A stretch of 64,000 bases of DNA, from the NCBI GenBank assembly GCA_963707915.1, contig OY970178.1, forward strand, positions 896,001 through 960,000, written 5' to 3'. The notes under the pieces are model-generated. The model did not search any database. It was not told the origin of the DNA and saw only the letters and a program-made list of their open reading frames with translations. Positions within the stretch are counted from its first letter, which is position 1, and every line of letters starts with the position of its first letter. This DNA comes from Candidatus Eiseniibacteriota bacterium. GTDB taxonomy: Bacteria > Eisenbacteria > RBG-16-71-46. The position numbers and the translations under genes are program-made. Shown here one piece after another: positions 1-9,092 of the stretch.

Positions 1-376
1 AGAGCAGCCCCACCACGCCGAGGAACAGCGCGAGGCTCGCGGCGTGGAAGGCGAACGCCGACTCGCCGCTGGCGTGGGCCAGCAGCCAGAAGTGAAGCTG
101 CCGACCCACCGGGCGCACGAAATTGCCGATCGGGTCGGGTGAGGTGAGCGCCCCCCAGAGCGTGTGGTTCCGCGCCTGGTCGAGGAACAGGTAGTCGTCG
201 GCGAAGAACGGCGCGCGCAGCGCCGCGCGCTGCAGCCACGCCGCGGCCAGCAGGATGAGCGCGAGCACGGCCGGCCACGGCAGCACCGGCCACGGCTGCC
301 GGGCCGCGGGTGCGGCGGACTCGCGGGGCCCCGCGCCGGCCCGGGCGCGGCGTGACGGTCGGGACTTCCGCTTCAC
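1..376 (-). CDS. 5' part (runs off the left edge) of a GT-C-fold/TMTC-like membrane glycosyltransferase-like protein
   Basis: Not in the ORF track. Translation from GTG at 376 gives MKRKSRPSRR...WPAVLALILLAAAWLQRAALRAPFFADDYLFLDQ...GNFVRPVGRQLHFWLL...AFHAASLALF. TM1 followed by a DD motif and an RP loop is typical of GT-C enzymes. Confidence 0.65.
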   Translation of the reverse strand, partial: MKRKSRPSRRARAGAGPRESAAPAARQPWPVLPWPAVLALILLAAAWLQRAALRAPFFADDYLFLDQARNHTLWGALTSPDPIGNFVRPVGRQLHFWLLAHASGESAFAFHAASLALFLGVVGLL

Positions 377-590
377 GGGGACGTTCGCCCGCGGCGCGCC
401 GGCAGCGGCCGCACGGCAACGGCGCATCGCACGATGTCGAGGGACCTGGGCTCCATGGGGATCCTCCGGGAGGAGCGGCGCGACGACCCTGGGAGCGGAC
501 GAGTGTAGCGCGGCCGGCCGGGCGGCGTGAAGCGACGACCGCCCTCCCGGACGGCGCGCCTTTGACTCAGGCGCACCGCGACGGATGCGG

Positions 591-596
591 TACAAT
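591..596 (+). promoter_or_regulatory. -10-like hexamer TACAAT, probably driving a leaderless transcript
   Basis: TACAAT lies 6 nt upstream of ATG 603, which has no Shine-Dalgarno sequence. Confidence 0.4.
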
Positions 597-602
597 CTCC
601 CC

Positions 603-881
603 ATGGGTCACACGGGTCACAGCCACCGGACGGCCACCGCCCTCCGGCTCGCCGCGCTGGTCGCGCTGCTCGGGGCACCCCCGCCCCCCGCGGCCCGGCA
701 GGCGAGCGCCACCGCGTCCGCCCACGCCGGCGCGACCATCGTGGCCGGGATGGGCATCGTCGTGCTCGCGAGCGCCGCGACGGATTCCGTCGCGACCTTC
801 ACTGTGACGGGCGACGGAAGCGCCGGCTGTTCCGTCATGCTCACGGGCGGCGGGTGCGAAGTGACGCTGGTCCACGACTAG
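603..881 (+). CDS. small secreted protein (92 aa), weakly DUF4402-like
   Basis: Signal-peptide-like N-terminus, then ASATASAHAGATIV...ATFTVTG...VTLVHD beta-rich segments with two Cys. Confidence 0.45.
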   Translation: MGHTGHSHRTATALRLAALVALLGAPPPPAARQASATASAHAGATIVAGMGIVVLASAATDSVATFTVTGDGSAGCSVMLTGGGCEVTLVHD

Positions 882-935
882 CCGGGTCGCGGCGGGACGG
901 ACCTGGGGATGTGATGGCCGCGGCCGGCGGGCGCC

Positions 936-1976
936 TCAGGCGGCGAACGCGACGCGGTTGCGCCCGTCCGCCTTCGCCCGGTAGAGCGCGCGGTCGGCGG
1001 CCTCGAAGATCCCCGGCGCGTCGGCGACCGCCGACGGCACGGCGGGCGTCGTCGCCACCCCCAGGCTGAGCGTCGCGCGCACCACTCCGGCCGCGGTCTC
1101 GAAGCGCTCCGCCTCGACCTTGCCCCGCATGCGCTCGGCGATGGTCCGCGCGGCTTCGCCGTCGCAGTGCGGCAGCACCACCAGGAACTCCTCGCCGCCG
1201 AAGCGACCGACCGCGTCGTACGGCCGCAGCGCCGCGCGCAGGCTCTCCACCACGCCGAGCAGCACCCGGTCCCCGGCGAGGTGACCGAAGGTGTCGTTGA
1301 CTTTCTTGAAGTGGTCCACGTCCGCCACGATCACCGACAGCGGCGCGCCCTCGCGCACCGCGCGCGCCAGCTCCCGCGCCAGCACCTCGAGGACCGCGTC
1401 CCGGTTCCAGACCCGGGTGAGCGGGTCCAGCATGCTGCGGCGCCGCAGCTCGTCGCGCTCCGCGACGATCGCGGCCTGGCCGTCGCTGAGCGCCTGCATC
1501 TGGAGCTCGTCCTGCACCCAGCCCGCCAGGAAGCGCAGCGTCTCGACGTCGGCCTCGCGCAGCCGGCGCGGCCGCGTGTCCATGACGCACAGCGTGCCCA
1601 CCTTGCTGCCGTCCGCGAGCCGGAGCGGGTGCCCCGCGTAGAAACGGACGAACGGCGCCCGGGTCACCAGCGGGTCGTCGCGGAAGCGCCCGTCCTCGAG
1701 CGTGTCCGGCACCACGAACGTGTCGTCACCCAGGATGGCGTAGGCGCAGAACGAGGTCGCGCGCGCGGTCCGGGCGGCGCGCCCGCGGTGGGCGGCCTTG
1801 AACCCCTGGACGCGCGAGTCCACCAGGGAGACCGATGCCATCGGCACGCGGAGGAAGCGTGCGGCCAGGCGCGTGATGCGCTCGAAGCGTTTCTCGGCCG
1901 GCGTGAACAGCGGCCCCAGCTCGCGCAGCGTGCGCGGAGAGAAGGCCGGGTCGGGCGTCAGCGGAACGTCGAACAT
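936..1976 (-). CDS. GAF-sensor diguanylate cyclase
   Basis: GAF motifs (RFERITRLA, SFCAYAI, FYAGHPL, GTLCVMD), DPLT, DVDHFKKVNDTFGH, an RPYD I-site and a GGEEF active site. GAGGAGGG SD upstream of ATG 1976. Confidence 0.92.
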   Translation of the reverse strand: MFDVPLTPDPAFSPRTLRELGPLFTPAEKRFERITRLAARFLRVPMASVSLVDSRVQGFKAAHRGRAARTARATSFCAYAILGDDTFVVPDTLEDGRFRDDPLVTRAPFVRFYAGHPLRLADGSKVGTLCVMDTRPRRLREADVETLRFLAGWVQDELQMQALSDGQAAIVAERDELRRRSMLDPLTRVWNRDAVLEVLARELARAVREGAPLSVIVADVDHFKKVNDTFGHLAGDRVLLGVVESLRAALRPYDAVGRFGGEEFLVVLPHCDGEAARTIAERMRGKVEAERFETAAGVVRATLSLGVATTPAVPSAVADAPGIFEAADRALYRAKADGRNRVAFAA

Positions 1977-2198
1977 CGCTCGTCTTCCCTCCTCTCGTCC
2001 CATCCCGGCGCAGCACGGCGCCCGGCCCGCCGCAGGCGGGCCCGACGGCGGCACCTGCCCTTCTGATGCAGGCGGCCGGTCCGGGGGCGCACCCGTTCAC
2101 GTCCCCGTGACACTCCGCCGGCGCCTGCGAGGCCTCGGTGGGTGGCGGTCGCCGCGGGCCGGCCCGGGCCCGCCCTGCGCCCCGCCGGGAACTGGGAT

Positions 2199-3651
2199 AT
2201 GCTGCGGCGCTGGGAGGTGCCCATCGTGCCCGTGGAACGGAAGGGTGACCGGCCGCCCCGACGCTGGCCGGCCCCGGAGTGGTTCGTATTCGGCTTCGTC
2301 GCTCTGATATTGGTCCGCCAGCTCCTGCTGCCCCCGATCGTGGGCCTGGCCGACAACGGTGACTTCGTGCGCGTGCTCGGCCCGCTCGGCCTGCAGCACG
2401 AGGCCACGCAGTGGAGCGAGCGATACTTCGGCTGGCTGGAGCAGACCTACGTGCCCGGGCCGAGCGAGCCGGCCCAGCTGCTGTCCTCGCAGCTGCTGCT
2501 GAGCGGGCTGGCGAAGGCGCTGGCCGGCCTGGGCTCGCGGGACGGGAGTCTGGATATCCGCACGCAGGGGGCGGTGCACCTGGTGCTCTACCTGCTGGGG
2601 ATCGCCCTGATCCTGCGGGCGGCCCGCACGTTCCGCCCTCCGGCGCGCGCGACGATCTGCGCAGCCATGCTGCTGGCGGCGACCGACGTGGCCTGGGTGG
2701 CGCCGCTGGCCTCGTTCTACGCCGAGGCCGCCACCCTGGTCTTCCTCGCCCTGCTCGTCGGCTTCGGCCTCCTGGCGCTGCGGGACGACCGCGCCCGTCC
2801 CTGGGCGCTGCCCGGATACTTCGTGGCGGCGGCCCTGTTCGTCGCGGCCAAGCCCCAGAACTACTTCCTCGCGCTGCCCCTGATGGCGCCGCCGGTCGCG
2901 CTCCTGCCACGCCTGTCCCGGGCGCGCGGGCGCGTCGCGGTGGTCGCGGCGGCCATCGCCATCGTGGCGCTCGGAGGGTTCCTGCAGACCCGGGTGCCGT
3001 GGGCGCAGCGCATCCGCAACCTGTGGAACGACGTCTTCTACACCATCCTCGCCGACTCGCCCGACCCGCGCGGCGACCTGGCGCAGTTCGGGCTGGGCCC
3101 GGAGCTGGCGCGCTTCGCCGGCGTGCCCGCCTTCGCGGACTCCATCCCGATCGAGGCGGTGACGGCGCCGCTTCGGGTTCGGTGACGTCCTGCGCTTCCA
3201 CGCGCGCCATCCCCTGCGCTTCCTGGGCACGGCCTCGGCGTGCGCGCGCAGCACTTTCGTCTGGCGCGACCCGCGCATGGGCAACTACACGCACGAGTCC
3301 GGCCGTCCGGCCGGCACGCTGGCGCGCGACTTCTCGGCCTGGAGCCGCGTCGAGGGCATGCTCCTGCCGCGCTCCCTGCTCTTCCTGGTCCTCTTCCTGG
3401 GCGGGGTGATGGCCGTGGCACTGGTCGAGGCGCAGCGCGCGGGCATGGCGACCGCGGCCGGGGGCACGGCGTGGATGTGCGCCGGGCTGGCGCTGGCGGC
3501 GGGCATGGAATTCGGCGTCTGCGTGGTCGGCGACGGCCTCTACGACATCGTCAAGCACCTGTACCTGTTCCAGCTGCTCTTCGACGCCTGCCTCTTCGCG
3601 GCGATCGCCTGGGCCATCGGCCTCGGCACCCGCGGGCTGTCGCGGCTCTAG
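2199..3651 (+). CDS. polytopic membrane glycosyltransferase, WsfD-like (GT-C type); frameshift near 3170
   Basis: PPIVGLADNGDFVRV motif, multiple TM helices, AKPQN. The reading continues in a second frame (FGFGDVLRFHARHP...MGNY...GDGLYDIVKHLYLF) to TAG 3651. Start codon uncertain. Confidence 0.7.
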
Positions 3652-3667
3652 GTTCGCCCCCCGCGAC

Positions 3668-5368
3668 CTACCACTCGCGGAAGATCCCCAGGCTCGCGCC
3701 GCGCACGATGTAGAAGGGCGTGTCGCCGTAGTCCACCTTGGCGTTCAGGCCCCACTGGGCGTCGAACCACTGCGAGTAGCCGAGGTTGAAACCGCTGCCG
3801 CGGTAGTCCACCAGCGCCTTCCCGGGGCCCACCAGCTGGTACGAGACGTTGCCCACGTCGTACCCGACGCCGATCGACAGGCGCCGCCAGACGACGTAGC
3901 TCAGCCCCACGCCACCCGAGGCCGACTGCGTGGCGCCCGGCTGCCCGATGTCGAGGCGCGCCTGCGCGCTGTAGACCCAGTGCGGCGTGTAGCGCACCAG
4001 GCCCAGGCCGACGCCGTCCGAGCGGTTCTCCCCCTTGCTCTGGATGCGCGTGTAGCCCAGCGTCGTGACCACGCCCGCCAGCGGGCGGCTCACCGCGGCG
4101 TCGAGCCGATAGCGGTTGGCGATGAAGTCGCCCGTGCCCGACGACGCGCCGAGCGTCACGCTGGTCTTGCCGAACCAGTGGGCGTACGAGAGCCCGCCGT
4201 CGAGGCTCTCGTCGCCGAAGCGGGCGGAGCGCCCGGCCTCGGCGCGCCAGGCCCAGCGCTCCGCGCGGCCCAGGCCGGCGCGCAGGAACTCCCCGTCGGA
4301 GTCGCCGTAGCCCTCGGTGTAGTGGCCCCAGGCGCCGCCGATCTCGATCGAGCGCGTCAGCGCGGGCGCGCCCCACGCGCCGCCCGCGCCCGCCGCGAGC
4401 AGCACCAGCGCCGCCCCGACCGCGGCGCTCCGCGCGCCGTTTCCGTTCGCCCCGCGGCCGCCGTTGCCGCCGCCGTTGCCGTTGCCGTTGCCGTTCCCGT
4501 TCTGGCGGCCCGCCCAGCGGGCATCCTCGGCGCGCATCGGGTTCCGCCAGCTCACGCCCCAGGCGTAGAACGAGATGAACACCAGCACGTTCACCGTCAG
4601 GCCGAAGACGAAGAACATGAGCGGCATGAACAGCAGCGACAGGTGGTGGATGACGTAGGCGTGCACCACGTACTGCAGCGGCACCAGCACGAGCATGTGC
4701 AGCATCGTCAGCAGCGCGAGCAGGGCCTTGCGCCAGAGGCTGAAGTCGAGCACGAAGTAGGTGAAGCCGAGCATCACCGGGATGAGCGAGATCAGCATGA
4801 GGTCCGCGATGAGCATCCCGTGGACGTAGCCGCTGCCGTCGTAGGGGAAGGCCCACGGCCAGAGCCCGAAGAACAGCTGTGCGCCGGCCTGGAAGAACGC
4901 GAGCAGGCGCAGCACGTAGCGCAGCGGCAGCCACCGCAGCGGCACCGCGAACGAACCGAGCCCGATGACCAGCACGAACGCCAGGCCACCCCACCACAGC
5001 GCGCTGCCCGGCAGGCCGGAGCCGTAGTGCAGGAACGGCACGTCGAACCGGAGCAGGCCGTAGAAGTCGTAGGGCACCAGCGAGACGTGGCCCGGCAGGT
5101 CCACCGCGCCGCGCCAGAACTCGAGCATGCCGACCCACAGGCGCGCGAGCGGACCGAGCAGCAGCAGGTAGGCGGCGAACAGCAGCAGCGCGAGCAGGGA
5201 CGCCGGCACCAGCTTCGCCGGCTGGACCGGCGAGACGCGCAGCGCGCGGTGGGCCGGGATATCGCCGCCGCCCCAGCCGCGCTGGCGCAGCCGCAGCACC
5301 TCGCGGCGCGTCGCGGCGTCGGCCCATGGGAGTTGCGCGTCCAGCAGCAGGTGACGCGAGGTCGCCAT
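3668..5368 (-). CDS. in-frame fusion: ~6-TM inner-membrane protein + Asn-Gly linker + internal signal-like segment + YaiO-family outer-membrane beta-barrel
   Basis: Residues ~50-275 are hydrophobic helices, followed by an NGNGNGNGNG linker and ARSAAVGAALVLLAAGAGGAWGA. The rest is amphipathic beta-strands ending GASLGIFREW (terminal aromatic residue). Confidence 0.7.
   Translation of the reverse strand: MATSRHLLLDAQLPWADAATRREVLRLRQRGWGGGDIPAHRALRVSPVQPAKLVPASLLALLLFAAYLLLLGPLARLWVGMLEFWRGAVDLPGHVSLVPYDFYGLLRFDVPFLHYGSGLPGSALWWGGLAFVLVIGLGSFAVPLRWLPLRYVLRLLAFFQAGAQLFFGLWPWAFPYDGSGYVHGMLIADLMLISLIPVMLGFTYFVLDFSLWRKALLALLTMLHMLVLVPLQYVVHAYVIHHLSLLFMPLMFFVFGLTVNVLVFISFYAWGVSWRNPMRAEDARWAGRQNGNGNGNGNGGGNGGRGANGNGARSAAVGAALVLLAAGAGGAWGAPALTRSIEIGGAWGHYTEGYGDSDGEFLRAGLGRAERWAWRAEAGRSARFGDESLDGGLSYAHWFGKTSVTLGASSGTGDFIANRYRLDAAVSRPLAGVVTTLGYTRIQSKGENRSDGVGLGLVRYTPHWVYSAQARLDIGQPGATQSASGGVGLSYVVWRRLSIGVGYDVGNVSYQLVGPGKALVDYRGSGFNLGYSQWFDAQWGLNAKVDYGDTPFYIVRGASLGIFREW
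4440..4502 (-). repeat. AACGGC/AACGGG hexamer repeats encoding the Asn-Gly linker
   Basis: The plus strand reads gccgttgccgccgccgttgccgttgccgttgccgttcccgtt. Confidence 0.8.
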
Positions 5369-5369
5369 C

Positions 5370-6494
5370 TCAGTTCGTTCCTTTCGCCGGCGCCACCGCT
5401 GCGCCCCCGCGCGGCAGCACCACGCCGCCCCCGTGCGCCCAGACCGTGCCGTGCACCGCGCTGCCGGCCTCGATCTCGAGGCAGCGCGCGCTGAGCGTCG
5501 TCGGCCGCTGCTCCGAGCCCAGCCTCGCCCCCGCCTCGAGCCGCCCGTCGCGCTCGGCGACCACCGGCCCGTGGATCTCGCACCCGCGCCCCACCACCAG
5601 GTCCCGCCCCGAGACCACCGAGCCCTCCACCTGCACCCCCGCCCCGAGGACCAGGTCGCCGTGACTCTTCAAGCTGCCGACGATCCGCGTGCCCTCTCCG
5701 ACCTGCAACTCGCCCGTGACCACCAGGCTGGACGTCACCAGCCGGTGCGCGGGGATCTCCAGCCGCTGCCGCACCAGCCAGCGCCCCGCGGCGTCCTCGA
5801 CCAGGTTCGGCACGTCCTTCGCCAGGTACGGTTCCAGCCCCGGGCGCACCGGCCCGGGCTCCACCGGCTCGCCGAACGCGACCGTCGGCGCGTGGAGACG
5901 CTCGAAGCGGCAGCCCTGCTCCAGCGACATGGCCACGTCCGCGGACGCGCGCCCGTGCAGCGCGCAGGACTCCCGCGCCAGCAGGCGCGCCCGTGCGTGC
6001 AACCAGCGCAGCGACCAGCAACCCCGGCCGAGCCGCAGGTCGCCGCCGGCCAGGATGGCGCGGCACACGCTCTCCTCGCCGACCTCCACGCTGCCGGCCG
6101 CGTAGGTCTCGCGCGGGAAGATCGCCCGGGACGGCAGGCCGAGGTCGCCGCAGCCGAGCACCACCGCCTCGCACGTCGGCGGGCCGGCCGGCGCGGTCGT
6201 GAGCGCGGGCATCGCCCCGGAGGGCAGCGCGAGGTACGGCGTGCCGTCCTCGAGCGTGCCGTTCACCGCAGCGCCGCCCGCCCGGCACGCGGCCAGGGCC
6301 GCGCCCAGGTGGCTCTCCACCCACGCCTGGAACGCCGTCGCGAAGTGCCGGATGTCGACGTCGGACGTGCGCACCACGCGCAACGGCTTGATGTCCGTGC
6401 GGCGGCGCGCCTCGAGCAGCGACGGCAGCAGCGGCAGGGCGGCCCAGCCCAGGAAGAGCGCGAGACAGGCCACGACCGTCAGGATCAAGGCCAT
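5370..6494 (-). CDS. membrane-anchored beta-helix protein, bactofilin/polymer-forming-cytoskeletal-like (374 aa)
   Basis: ATG 6494 overlaps the GT2 3' end. N-terminal TM (MALILTVVACLALFLGWAALPLLP) followed by RRR. Two blocks of ~17-aa repeats (e.g. LVVTGELQVGEGTRIVGSLKSHGDLVLGAGVQVEGSVVSGRDLVVGRGCEIHGPVV). Confidence 0.72.
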   Translation of the reverse strand: MALILTVVACLALFLGWAALPLLPSLLEARRRTDIKPLRVVRTSDVDIRHFATAFQAWVESHLGAALAACRAGGAAVNGTLEDGTPYLALPSGAMPALTTAPAGPPTCEAVVLGCGDLGLPSRAIFPRETYAAGSVEVGEESVCRAILAGGDLRLGRGCWSLRWLHARARLLARESCALHGRASADVAMSLEQGCRFERLHAPTVAFGEPVEPGPVRPGLEPYLAKDVPNLVEDAAGRWLVRQRLEIPAHRLVTSSLVVTGELQVGEGTRIVGSLKSHGDLVLGAGVQVEGSVVSGRDLVVGRGCEIHGPVVAERDGRLEAGARLGSEQRPTTLSARCLEIEAGSAVHGTVWAHGGGVVLPRGGAAVAPAKGTN

Positions 6495-7942
6495 TCTTCC
6501 CCCCCGTCGCGGTAGGCGTGCGGGTGCTCGGTCTTCTGCCAGCGGACCCGCGCGCCCGGCCGGCGCGGCAGCAGGATCTGCAGCAGGGTCTCGTGCGAGA
6601 TGGCGAAGAGGCCGACCAGGAAGCCCAGCATGATGAGCGGCAGCAGGCGCACCCGCGCACGCGAGCCGTCCAGGTAGGCGGCCGCGCTGATCTCGAAGAA
6701 GATGGCGAAGTTGCCCAGCGCGCTGTACGAGGTGACCAGCAGGATGACGATCAGGCCGGGCCGCGTCTCGCCCAGGTACCACAGTGCCATCGCCAGCAGC
6801 CAGCCCAGCAGCAGGACCGGCGACATCAGGTAGACGTTGAGCAGCAGCCAGCCGTCGAGCTTCTCGCGGAAATGCGTCCGCGGCCCCGTCAGCAGGTGCG
6901 TGGCGTGCGCCCACAGCGCCTCGTTGTGCCCCCGCGCCCAGCGCCGGACCTGCCGCATGCGCTGCGGCCAGGTGGCCGGCACCTGCTCGTAGCACTCCGA
7001 GCGGTTCTGGTAGACCGTCTTCCAGCCGCCGCGCAGCAGCCGGAACGTGGCGTCGGTGTCTTCGGCCAGCGTGTCCACGCGCCAGCCGCCGACGCTCTCC
7101 AGCGCCCTGCAGCGCACGCCGCCCACCGTGCCGCCGTACTGCGGCACGAGCTTGAGGTTCATGCGCGCCTGCTGGTCCACCTGGTAGCCGCCGGTGCGCT
7201 CGAGGTCGAGCAGCCGCGTGAGCAGGTTCTGGCCCACGTTGTGCGGCACGACGCGGCCCATCACCGCCCCCACCTCGGGGTCGAAGAACGGCGCCACCAG
7301 CTGCTTGATCAGCCCGTGCCCCGGGATGTAGTCGGCGTCGAACACCAGCGCGATGTCGGTGGTGACCAGCTTCATCGCGTCCCGCAGCGCCGCGGCCTTG
7401 CCCGGCTCGCCCTGCTTGCGGTGATAGGGCGCCACGCGGCCCGGGTAGCGCGCCGCGAACCCGTCGATGATCTCGCCGGTGCGGTCCTTCGAGCGGTCGT
7501 CGACCGGCAGGATGTGCAGCCGCCCGGCCGGATAGTCGACCTCGAGCAGCGCCGTGAGGACCGCCCCGATCACCGGCTCCTCGTCGTGGGCCGGTACCAA
7601 CACCGTCACCTCGGGCCAGTCGGCGGTGTCGATGTCGAGATACGGGTGGCGCTGGGTGCCATGCAGGCGGTTGAGCGTGAACCAGTAGTGGCGGACCACG
7701 TAGACGCAGATCAGCAGCAGGATCGCGTACAGCGGGTAGAGCATCGCCAGCACGTACCACGGGCGGGGGAAACGCTGGCCGAACGGGACCGGCGCGTCGG
7801 CGGACACGGCGAAGGCCACCGCCACGACACCCCACGCCGCGAGGGCGACGCCGAGAGCGGTCAGCCAGGTCCGCAGGTGGAATCGGACGCGTTCGCGTGT
7901 CACCAGGCGGCCCCCCGGATGCACAGAATCCCGATGCTCCAC
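6485..7942 (-). CDS. processive GT2 glycosyltransferase (cellulose synthase/PgaC-IcaA-like)
   Basis: VDDRS, GKAAAL, FDAD, LAEDTD and QVRRW (D,D,D,QxxRW), flanking TM helices, C-terminal WQKTEH. No PilZ domain. Start is GTG 7942 or GTG 7903. Confidence 0.9.
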   Translation of the reverse strand: MEHRDSVHPGGRLVTRERVRFHLRTWLTALGVALAAWGVVAVAFAVSADAPVPFGQRFPRPWYVLAMLYPLYAILLLICVYVVRHYWFTLNRLHGTQRHPYLDIDTADWPEVTVLVPAHDEEPVIGAVLTALLEVDYPAGRLHILPVDDRSKDRTGEIIDGFAARYPGRVAPYHRKQGEPGKAAALRDAMKLVTTDIALVFDADYIPGHGLIKQLVAPFFDPEVGAVMGRVVPHNVGQNLLTRLLDLERTGGYQVDQQARMNLKLVPQYGGTVGGVRCRALESVGGWRVDTLAEDTDATFRLLRGGWKTVYQNRSECYEQVPATWPQRMRQVRRWARGHNEALWAHATHLLTGPRTHFREKLDGWLLLNVYLMSPVLLLGWLLAMALWYLGETRPGLIVILLVTSYSALGNFAIFFEISAAAYLDGSRARVRLLPLIMLGFLVGLFAISHETLLQILLPRRPGARVRWQKTEHPHAYRDGGEEWP

Positions 7943-7963
7943 AGAATACTAAAGGAAGCCACT

Positions 7964-8647
7964 TCAAAATGCGACATAGATCTTGATCCCGCTGAACTGG
8001 ACGACCCCGTTACGCACGGCGAAATGGGGCTCGCGGTAGGTGCCCGCCGGGTAGGTCTTCTCGGAGCGGTAGAGGCGGACTCCGTCCAGCCAGACCTGCA
8101 CGCGGCCGTCGCGCACCGCGAAGCGCAGCAGGTGCCAGTCCCCCTCGCTCACCGGCCGGGACGGCTTGATGACGCGCAGGACGTAGTCGACCCGGTCCAC
8201 CATGTGCCGCGCGCTGACCCGCCGCTGGCCGCCGAAGAGCACGGCACCGCTCTCGTGGTGCAGTTCGCGGCTGTCCCGCGTGAGCAGGTGGGCTTCGGCC
8301 ACGCGTCCCGCGGAGTCGGGCAGGAGGCGCACGCGGGTCTCGAGCAGGAAGTCCCCGCCGTGGTCGAACGGGGTGAAGTAGACCGCGAAGTCACCGGCGT
8401 CGTCGCGTCCCTCGAGCACGCCGTCCACGACCCGCCAGTCGCCCCAGCTCCACGCGCCGGCGTACGGCCCCTTGCGCACCTCCCACGCCATGGCCTGCCG
8501 CCACGTGGCGCCGTCGAGCACCAGGTCCGCGTTCGGCAGCGGGCGGGGCACGCTCTCGTAGAGACGCCGCAACGGCGCCCGATCCGTGCGCAACCCCAGG
8601 ATCGCAAGCACGAGCAGAATGGCGGCCACAATCAATGCTCTTCGCAT
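7964..8647 (-). CDS. exported ConA-like/DUF1080-type (3-keto-disaccharide hydrolase-like) beta-sandwich protein
   Basis: Signal/anchor MRRALIVAAILLVLAILG; motifs WRVVDGVL, GDFLLETRVR, WHLLRFAVRDGRVQVWLDG, VQFSGIKIY. Confidence 0.65.
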   Translation of the reverse strand: MRRALIVAAILLVLAILGLRTDRAPLRRLYESVPRPLPNADLVLDGATWRQAMAWEVRKGPYAGAWSWGDWRVVDGVLEGRDDAGDFAVYFTPFDHGGDFLLETRVRLLPDSAGRVAEAHLLTRDSRELHHESGAVLFGGQRRVSARHMVDRVDYVLRVIKPSRPVSEGDWHLLRFAVRDGRVQVWLDGVRLYRSEKTYPAGTYREPHFAVRNGVVQFSGIKIYVAF

Positions 8648-8964
8648 CAGCCTCGGTCCCGGTCCACGTCACGCGGGGGATGCAGCATAACACCTCGGGC
8701 AAGCGACATCGCATGGGCGACGCCGGCTGCCGCGGCCGGGCCCGGCTCGCTCGGCCGCTGGTCACCGGCATCCAGCCGCGCTATCCTGCCCGTTCGGACT
8801 CGCACACGAGCGCCGCACCCTCCCGGGTTATCGGCACGCGCGAGCCGAGTCCGCAGGGGCAGGCCCGACGAATGGCGCGCGGAGGCCGGGGCACGGATCC
8901 GGCGCGCGGGCCGCGACGGGATCGCGCTCGAGCGACCCGGGGCGCGCAGACGGCTGCACGATGT

Positions 8965-9053
8965 GCCGGAGTGGCGGAACTGGCAGACGCGCGGGACTCA
9001 AAATCCCGTGAGGCTCAAACCTCGTGTGGGTTCGACCCCCACCTCCGGCACCA
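8965..9053 (+). tRNA. tRNA-Leu (anticodon CAA), class II with long variable arm, CCA encoded
   Basis: GCCGGAG/CTCCGGC acceptor stem, D-loop TGGCAGAC, anticodon stem CGGGA-CTCAAAA-TCCCG, GGTTCGACCCC T-arm, 3' ACCA. Confidence 0.97.
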
Positions 9054-9068
9054 ATACCACAACAAGTT

Positions 9069-9092
9069 AGGGCGCCCCTTGTGAGGCGCCCT
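9069..9092. terminator. hairpin downstream of tRNA-Leu, possibly a bidirectional terminator
   Basis: Inverted repeat AGGGCGCC...GGCGCCCT. Confidence 0.5.

Noticed and set aside
6495..7967. 865-aa ORF apparently extending the beta-helix protein across the GT2 gene
   Set aside because: The extension is an R/P/G-rich alternate frame of the GT2 gene. The real start is ATG 6494.
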